Shown here: piece by piece, positions 55,444 to 64,000 of the stretch
How positions within the stretch are numbered: the stretch's first letter is position 1
Layout of the letters: every line of letters begins with the position of its first letter
From: Octopus vulgaris
Lineage: Eukaryota
Reading direction: 5' to 3'
Length of the DNA stretch: 64,000 nt
Assembly (NCBI GenBank): GCA_951406725.2
Contig: OX597819.1
Coordinates: 82,088,001-82,152,000 of the forward strand
Program-made: the position numbers and the translations under genes
Notes under the pieces: model-generated
What the model saw: the letters and a program-made list of their open reading frames with translations, nothing else
The model's database searches: none
What the model was told of the DNA's origin: nothing

Positions 55444-55803
55444 TGTAGAATCGCTCCTTTTCTGCAACCTCAAAACATATATTCTGTATAGTGTGGAAAC
55501 TATCCAAGCATGTGACATTGTAGCTTTCAAAGGGAAGATATTGAGTACTGAGATTGATAGGATATTGTTGTCACCATTAAAATATCGATCCCTGTCGACA
55601 TCTTGAAAAGTGTATGCAATTTTCAAAATTAATTAAATGATAGATGCATCAATGAGGATAATAAGATATTTGAAAAAGAACCAAGTGTCGACTGAATTCC
55701 AGCATAGCCTATGTAGGCCTATACGAACGTATTTAAAATATACCCCTGATCGAATACAATTCTTAGTGCGAATGCATTTTGAGAAACAAGGAACATTAAT
55801 AAT
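54289..55803 (+). repeat. Pair of 185-bp direct repeats (54289-54473, 55619-55803), 1330 bp apart
   Basis: Colinear, equal length, roughly 85% identical by eye. Confidence 0.9.
55164..55448. repeat. (TAG)n trinucleotide microsatellite with (TGG)/(TTG)/(CAG) variants
   Basis: Direct reading. Confidence 0.95.
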
Positions 55804-57111
55804 GTAAGTGCTTCATACTTTATGTAATTTACGTATAATATAACATAACTCAACCCCATGTCGATGCGATCGGTACCATTTAATATGATTACCAAATCGA
55901 TGACACGAAGCTCTTGTACCCTTTTCATTCCATTTTTATTTTCCTCGTCGGTGCGTTGGTGCGTTGTCCAGGAGTAAATTCCAATTTGACTGTTGCAAAT
56001 CGAAATCTACACTAAGTTTCTCCATTCTCCTTCACAGATAGGACAATTGTATGTATGATCGTATGTGATACGTGTGTGTATATGTGTGTATGTGTTTGAG
56101 TATGTATTTGAGTGTGTTTTTGTGTATACGCGTGTATGCGAGTGTGTATATAGGTAGGTTGCATATATAATTATATATATATATGGTATGTAGGCATGTA
56201 GGTACGTATATACAGTATAAAAATGGAGAAATGCTATTATTCGAGTAACAGTATTGTAAAGAATTATACTCAAATCCTATTTAATAACGAATAAGCTGAT
56301 AGAGTAAATTTTAACTGCTTTCCGTATAGGTCTGGCATATAATGCGGAAGGAGAGAGCAACTGATTCTCTTTCTCTCTCGATTTCTATATTTCTCTATCT
56401 CTCCCACTCTCTCTATCTCTTCCTCTCTCTCTCTCTCTCTCTTTATTTATCACTTCTACATATATACAAAGAAGAATTACATTTCAAGATGCATTGTATT
56501 TCAAAACAAAAGAAATAAATAAATAAAACTTCACAGTCTGTTCGTAGTTGTTGCATCGTGTATGAAATGGTCAAAGCTATGTTGCATAGAAGTCAGAGAG
56601 AATTAAATCAGATGGATAGAATGTTCAGACAGTTGTAAATCGAAATTTACAGTAGTTGGTGATTGCACTTCTTTGTCTGCCTTTAATCATAAGAGTATGT
56701 TGGAAATGGCAGCAAATGGAGGAGAGACGCAGATAAAGAAATGTTCAACCTTCTGCCTTGAGCCAAAGCAAAGAAAAAGAGATTAATTCTTGCAATTGAT
56801 ATACACAACATCTACGCACAGACTAAATTCTTCAGTCAATTCGATGGACTGCTAATAGGGAGTTGACACGCATCTCTACTGCAGAAGCTTAAGACATTGA
56901 AACGTACGTGTACATATATTAAAGAATGAATTATTAAAACTAAGTAATTTGCTCTATCATGATTCTATATCGAGAAAAAATTGTGTATGTTCAGTTCATT
57001 TTTCGCTCTCTCCTATTCTTTTCTACATTCTTGGGCAACAGGTTAAAATGCACTGTCTACCTCACACACACACACACACACACATAAGTACATCAACATT
57101 TCTGCTTTAAA

Positions 57112-57455
57112 AGGTGGTGACCTGGCAGAAATGTTAGCACACCTGGCGAAATGCTTAGCGGTATTTCGTCTGCCGCTACGTGCTGAGTTCAAATTCCGCC
57201 GAGGTCGACTTTACCTTTCATCCTTTCGGGGTCGATTAAATAAGTACCAGTTACGCACTAGGGTCGGTATAATCGACTTAATCCGTTTGTCTGTCCTTGT
57301 TTGTCCTCTCTGTGTTTGGCCCCTTGTGGGTAGTAAAAAAATAGGTATTTCGTCTGTCTTTGCGTTCTGAGTTCAAATTCCGCCGAGGTCGACTTTGACT
57401 TAACCGGTTGGCCCCCTCCCCCAAAATTTCGGGCCTTGTGCCTAGAGTAGAAAAG
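57112..57455 (+). mobile_element. SINE family B with internal re-duplicated head segment
   Basis: TGGCAGAAATGTTAG A-box, GAGTTCAAATTCC B-box; GGTATTTCGTCTG..GGTCGACTTT repeated at ~57344. Confidence 0.9.
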
Positions 57456-58379
57456 AACATTTCTTCTTTAAGGAAAGGCAGATAAATACATGTCGGCAGG
57501 TCCTCCAACTGGACATTGACCAGCAGCAAAGACATTTAATCTTGAGCGAGCCACAAAAAGGAACGAAACTGCAGAAAATAAAAAGTAACTTTGCAGTTTT
57601 ATTCCTCTTTAATATGATATTCGTCTTTACTGCTATATACACATTACAACTTCTACGAAGAGACTATGAATTTTTCTTTGATAGATAATTTTTCATGAAA
57701 TGTAGTTTTTGATTCCAATAGGGTCTTAATATAACAGTGCACAGACCTGAACTGAAGAAGCTTGAGAAACAGGACGCGTATACATAGATGCGGCAACGTT
57801 TATTTATCACCTGATTTTATAATGGTAAGAAAAGAATTATGGGTTATCTGTAACAAGTCCATCCTTTCTTCGGCCTGTTAATTGTCAATACGGCAAGGAT
57901 CCTTATGTAGAAATTTTTTATGTACCTCATAAACGCTTTCTGTTTCTCTTTTTCTCATTGTCTTGGATTCTGTCACTTTATATTTATTTCCATTCCCAGC
58001 TAGAGTTTTATGTATTCTTTTTTACTTCTTTACATAGGGGGTTCTTCATATGCCTATCTTTAAATTCACACACACATATTTGCACATAAAATTTTAACTT
58101 GATCTACTATTTTCTGCAAGAGGCTTCTACCCCTCAAACACCTTCATTTCCTACATATGTTTATGCATATATATATATAATACATGTGTGTGTGTGTCTG
58201 TGTGTGTAAATGCTTTCCCATGTAAATTGCACTTCGTTTTTGAAGCTCCGGTGAAGCTGTAAGGTGGTACACAAGTTCTCAGTTATGAGTACATTGCATC
58301 CTATAGCAGAACAGTTGTAAGCTAATGCAGTTCATGATACTTGCTGCGTGTATACTCTGCGATGACATCTCTCACGCCG

Positions 58380-58545
58380 GACTTCTTTCTGCTCCAAATC
58401 ACATAGGCAAGTTTGAAGATTGCCTCACAAGAATTAAAGAAATCCTCATGAATCTGGAACGCCACCTGGCCATATTTCTTATGGGTGATTTCAACTTCCC
58501 CAACGTCAAATGGCCCGAAGGTTTCATACTCTCAGGAATGAATCA
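58380..58545 (+). pseudogene. LINE (CR1/L2-like) AP-endonuclease fragment
   Basis: FEDCLTRIKEIL..IFLMGDFNFPNVKW. Confidence 0.75.
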
Positions 58546-58940
58546 TTATTCATTCCTGAGAGTATGTACAGGTGGGGTCCAAGTTAGTGATAACAATACT
58601 CAAAATATATAACAGACTGGAATTGTAGGCCCGTCTCTTGCAATTTCGATCAATTGGATCTTGTCCTCCCTCTTGTATAGAAGTGTACGACTGCAGCGAA
58701 ATTCATTTTTGAACTTTCTTCTATCGAAGGCATTTTAACAAAAACGCTTCCATAAAGATGGTAAAAATATTGTCAATTTCCCCAAACAGGGACACAATTC
58801 AATTTTTAAACAATGACCAAAGCCGCTTCTCCGAAAGGGGGAGGGTTATGGTTTACAATTATTTAACAAATGCAACACAACAACGTTTCCCTGAACAGGA
58901 ACCAACAAATTTGATTGCAATAGTCAAACAGTAATAATAA

Positions 58941-59150
58941 TTAGCACGCCGGGCGAAATGCTTAGCGGTATTTCGTCTGCGTTACGTTGTGAGTTCAAAT
59001 TCCGCCGAGGTCGACTTTGCCTTTCATCTTTCGGTATCGATAAATTAAGTACCAGTTACGCACTGGGGTCGATGTAATCGACTTAATACCTATGTCTGTC
59101 CTTGTTTGTCCCCTCTGTGTTTAGCCCCTTGTGGGTAATAAAGAAATAAG
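58941..59150 (+). mobile_element. SINE family B
   Basis: Near-identical to 57133-57343. Confidence 0.9.
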
Positions 59151-59247
59151 TAATAATAATAACAACAAACCTTATTAATTTATCCTCATTTATGTGAAAC
59201 CACTTATTCAAGTTCAAGTCATTGATGCAATTTTATACGAATTGCTA

Positions 59248-59296
<49 letters not shown>

Positions 59297-59544
59297 ATAA
59301 TGGTGAAAAATTGAATATTAATTTGATTAATATGAATTGAAAACCAGTGGTGTAGCATATAAGACCATAGCGGATCTTCTTCTAGCAAAATGGAGGACCA
59401 CTGTTAATGGTTCATCCCTGTTATATAATACTTTCACTTTAATAGTTTCAGTATTAAAGTGAATGTCTGCATTACAATAGAGAGATGTTTTTGTTTCACT
59501 TTTAATACGTAATACTGAAATAGTGGAGAAGATATGATATTGCT

Positions 59545-59696
59545 GTGGGGTCGCCCTAGGGAAAAAGTTTGCCGATGACACTCCCCGGGCCTTAAGTAAG
59601 CCATGTGTAAAATCTGAATGAAATTGGTTGTGTAGTTCTCAAGTTTTAGGGAAACACACAGACAGACACACATTCTCAGTTTTATATATAAAGAGA
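59545..59696 (-). mobile_element. Helitron-like 5' end fragment
   Basis: Minus strand begins A|TCTCTTTATATATAAAACTGAG..tgtgtgtctgtctgt, like the other Helitron 5' ends. Confidence 0.6.
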
Positions 59697-60377
59697 TAAT
59701 ATCTATTTTACACTTTTAAATATTTTCCAAAGATTTAGATTTCAGATTGTAATTTATTCCATGAACAACGCTAGGCAGCATATCCTCAAAAAACTTACAA
59801 ATGAAAGTGCAAATTAAAATTCATTTCTCACCAGCTATTCTGATTAAATAATGTAATAATTTAATCGTTGATATTGGTACTGTTGTTGTTGCTGTTGTTT
59901 CTAACGTCGTTACTTTATCTTCTCATATATATACCCTTTGTCTTATTGTCTTTATTATCAAATATTGATATCATATTTTCGTCGCTCAATTCTTAAAAAT
60001 AGAATTCAATTTAAATTTCACTTTAAAATTCTTTCTCCGTTCAACATTAGACAATATAGCTTGAAATAACCTTTACAATTTGAATTCAGATCACGATTAA
60101 TTCCTCATTTGTTACTCTGTTTTAATTTGTAAATGTTTTAATTTGTAAATGGTTTAAATGCTTTATTCGTTCAATATCATTACCCCGAGAAAAATATTCC
60201 TGATTTAATTGAAAATTATAAGTTTTTAAATTCTTTAAATTGTTTTTCATAAAATTTTAATTTTATGGAGTTCTTCCCGATTTAATGGCCCAACAATTAT
60301 TTAGAATATATGGATGATGATTGTGGTAATAGTACATTTCTTAACAAATCTCTATACCTTTTTTTCTAGGACAGCAT

Positions 60378-60555
60378 TTTAAGTGGATAGTCGAATACAT
60401 CGACTCCACTATTCAACTGGTACTTATTTCATTACCCTCAAAAGAATGAGAGGCAAAGTCAGTCTTGACGTAATTTGAACTTAGAACATGAAGACGGGCG
60501 GAATGTCGCTGAGCATTTTGTCCGGGGTGCTAATAATTCTGCCAGCCCGCCGCCT
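60378..60555 (-). mobile_element. SINE family B (diverged)
   Basis: Ends ttctgccagcccgccgcc, the reverse complement of the head. Confidence 0.8.
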
Positions 60556-60564
60556 TTCATCGCC

Positions 60565-60566
<2 letters not shown>

Positions 60567-60641
<75 letters not shown>
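60567..60641. repeat. (AAT)n microsatellite
   Basis: Direct reading. Confidence 0.95.
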
Positions 60642-60643
<2 letters not shown>

Positions 60644-62941
60644 TATGAGATTTGTATGAGATTCCATAGAAGCTAAGAAATTTCTTTGAATAGTAAAAGA
60701 CAGTGATTTAATTATCAGACAATATACAAACATTGTTCTGCACAATGTGCTGAATATCGCATGGTCAACACAATTTAATTTTAATTCATGAACATATGAA
60801 ACTTTTGATTGGCACTTCTTTAATTACATTCATAATTTACAATCTAAAACTAAATTAGATAATCTAAAACTAAATTTTAACATAGATTACATCTTTGTTA
60901 GGAATATTTTATGTGGCAGATTAATTTTCTGGATAAGACAGTAACCCCATATGTGATAAAACAGTATATATATCTGTAAATTTACGTTTTATCTACCAAA
61001 GAATATTTATAACATATAATGCATTGTGTCATATGCTCTTTGTATTGAAATTATTGTATTGAAATTGGCTATACTGCATCCGAAGAAACTGAAGGACGAT
61101 TGAATTAACTTACCGCGCGATAAATGGATAGATTTGTTTTAAAATACTGTTCTAATAAAGAAGGGAAAACGCACAGAACCAATAAATTTTGTCAAAGAGT
61201 ATTTGATATCATCGAAATGATCACAGTTTTTGTTTCACTTTTAACATTAGCCATTATTGTAAAGCTGTGGATTTTTTTCAACAGTTTTCACATTTCAGTT
61301 TAGGAATTATTGCAGTTTAACATGTATTTCTAATCTTGGAAATTGCCTATAAAACATTAATGACGTTCCATAGCAGAACAAGTTGAATAGAAATTGGTGC
61401 TTCAGGTTGAAGGGAATAAATCTATATACATAGAATTTTTATTAATTGACACAGCTTTATAAATTATTGTATAGCTCTTTGAAAAATCTCCCTAAACATT
61501 TAAAATCATTATTCATAATGCAAAATATATTGAAAAGAAATTTTTTATATTTCGACCACAAAATCTGCACTTGATTACACTACATTCTTTAAAATATTGT
61601 TTATTGATATAATAATATTTTTTTCTGTTAGAACCTATTACATTTGGTTCGAGATGTTACTTCAAAAGCCAACAACGGAGTTCTTTTTATTCGTACATTC
61701 AAACATATTAATGAAATAGACTTAGCATAGTTCAACTTCACTTTAATACAGAATTATAGAAACTTTCCGATAAAACATTACGATAAAACATTCATACTCA
61801 ATCACAACTGAAAGCTATAAATTTCTTTTCGCTTTTCATGCTCAATGATGCTGCCAACTGGTGCTTTAGAAAAGTAAAATGGAATTTTATCAACTGTGGA
61901 CAATACAGCAATTATTAAACATTAAAAGCGTAAAGTGTTCTGAAGAAAAGTAGACCACAGTTTTTATGTAATTTTGTATGTAAATATGAGTATATTTTTA
62001 TGTAAACTTCGTAGTTAATATTATAATTGTCTATATCAAAATATTGATTATGTCAAAATACGTATGCTGTTTTAGAGATTTGACATCGATTTCATTGTGT
62101 TTTTCTTAAAAAATATGATTATTCTTTCTATTTTTCTAAAGATTTGTGGCTCTCAGATCATCTTATTTCTGCTTTTATTTTTGTTTGAGTAGTCGGTATC
62201 GTGGTTTGCATAATTTCTTTTCTTAAAATTAAATATGATTGAGCCTTAGTTTGAGGGAAGTATATCAATAATACCAGGGCTCTAGAATGATACACCAATA
62301 ACGAGAAAAATTTAGAGAAGTTTATTACAAGATGGCAAAACAAAATAAAATAAAACAAAAAAAGGTATATGCATCCAACGGAGTTTAGGCAGGGTGCATA
62401 TTGTAGCAGACACTATTATAATACTGGTGAAATAGGCATCGAGAAAAGAAGTAGTTAAGGCCTTAAATTCACACTTTATAAGTATATTTCCACATCAGCC
62501 AACGAACTGGTTAATCAGTATTATTTATATAGTGCTTTTATACTTTCTAGACAGTTTCTGAAATTTTATGGGCGAAATAGCTATTCGCTTTTAATAGATG
62601 TATTTCGTTTAATAAAAAAAATTTGATAAGGAGTGTTGTTGCTGAAATTGTGATAATGTCAGTATCTGCTACTATCGTAAACATCGAGGTAGTGGAGAGT
62701 ATCTCTAAAACTGTGACATATATTTCCGTAAATATAAATGATTTGTAGAATAGCACTGACTCTTTTTCAATTATCTAGAATCATTCTTTCAATGCAGTTA
62801 AATATGATTAAATTATCACGTCTCGGTTGTAGTATCTCTGAAAGTCTTCTTTACTAAGAATATAATGATTTTAAATATGTACTTAGCTTTCATGTATATG
62901 ACAGTATCAAACAACCAAATGTGAAAACAAATATTTCTTAA

Positions 62942-63329
62942 CTAGCAGTATCGCCCGGCGTTGCTCGGGTTTGTTTCGACCCGCTGGAATTGGAATTTTT
63001 GAAAAGTAAAAATTTTGCATTATGTAGCTTGTTATTCTCTTCAAGTGAACATTTTTTGGTTGAAATACACCGAAAAGTGGTGACACAGCAGTGAAAAATC
63101 GTAAAAAATAGGGATTTTCATAGAAAAAAGCACCTTTTTGATGTAAATAATTGTTGGTGTTAACATGGTCCGATTTGAATTTTATCTTCTACGGAAGGAA
63201 AAGCAACCCTTCTATCATATACTCTCAATTTTGGTCAACTTGCGCCGCAGGGTCTCGGAGGAGATAGTGTTAGTTGAAGGCTACCAAACCTGGCGCACAC
63301 AGACAACTTCAGCTTTATATAGAGAGAGA
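62942..63329 (-). mobile_element. Non-autonomous Helitron with a different body but the same 3' terminus as 9472 and 42589
   Basis: A|CTAGCAGTATCGCCCGGCGTTGCTCGGGTTTGT at the left, TTTATATAGAGAGAGA|T at the right. Confidence 0.85.
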
Positions 63330-63572
63330 TAACACACACACATTAATACACATACATACACACACACACATGTATGTATGTATGTATGTATATATGTACA
63401 TCTGTCCACTTCTTGCCATATTTTTATCCTTCACTTCCTACACACACACACACAGACACACACACACACTCACACACACACACACGCACGAACACACACA
63501 CACCTTAGCTTACAATTTTCTTTCAACAATTGACACTGTCATATATGTATATGTTTGCGTGTCTATGTGTGT

Positions 63573-64000
63573 AAAGAGAAAGTGGGAGAAAGTGTGGTAA
63601 TAGGCGGAGTAAAGCCTTTGAAGTGAGAGAGGGAAATCGTAAAATATTGAGTTTTCTCGAATTTTTGCTTAATTGGGGGTGAAATTGAAAGAAATTTATA
63701 TGCCATGACCGAATGGAATGTACTTGGAAAAATCATAGGTAAACTCCAATTGAAGAAATTGTGTGAGGAGTAAATCGTTATGTATTTATTTGTTTCTGTT
63801 TGCTCTGTATTTTTTTTGAGTAGTGGTTTAAGGTACACTGGCAAAGAGAAAGTAGGAGAAATTATGGTAATAGCAGGAGTGAAGCAGTTGAAATTAGAGA
63901 GGCAAATCGTAAAATATCTACTTTTCTCGAATTTTTGCTTAATTGGAGGTCAAATTGAAAAAAATTTATATGCCATGACCCAATCGAATCTACTTGTAAA
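63573..64000. repeat. Tandem ~270-bp repeat (Helitron-related), runs off the window
   Basis: Units start at 63573 and 63843; similar to 10775-10890. Confidence 0.75.

Noticed and set aside
56875-56915. CTGCAGA..GAAACGTACGTG hammerhead-like string
   Set aside because: Core mismatch, G at the cleavage position and unpaired stems
62547-62756. ORF with faint cadherin-like wording (FTIVADTDIITIS)
   Set aside because: Lacks cadherin calcium-binding motifs (DxD, LDRE, DxNDN); short and AT-rich

Overview
AT-rich eukaryotic genomic DNA packed with microsatellites ((TA)n, (CA)n, (TACA)n, (GATA)n) and transposon debris. The SINE families and repeat landscape look like a coleoid cephalopod, probably Octopus (inferred from pattern recognition, not a database hit). 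No complete host gene is recognisable and most ORFs in the track are microsatellite artefacts. Recognisable elements: a Helitron PIF1-helicase remnant and several non-autonomous Helitrons, four mariner remnants, piggyBac and hAT remnants, a young 5'-truncated RTE/BovB-like LINE with a TSD, two R4/Dong-like LINE relics, a Penelope-like RT fragment, an ORF1-only (HAL1-like) L1/Tx1 derivative and three tRNA-derived SINE families. The most striking hidden signal is a set of type I hammerhead ribozyme motifs of unrelated sequence. Three look intact (one with a compensatory U3-A8 core, one duplicated on both strands), and several are degenerate. They sit in short non-coding direct or inverted repeat modules, mostly next to (TA)n tracts, consistent with Penelope pseudo-LTRs or retrozyme-like non-autonomous elements. 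A candidate divergent promoter (37.3-38.4 kb) and a GPCR-like first coding exon (29.7-29.8 kb, minus strand) may mark host genes. All folds and translations were done by eye, and ribozyme activity is untested.
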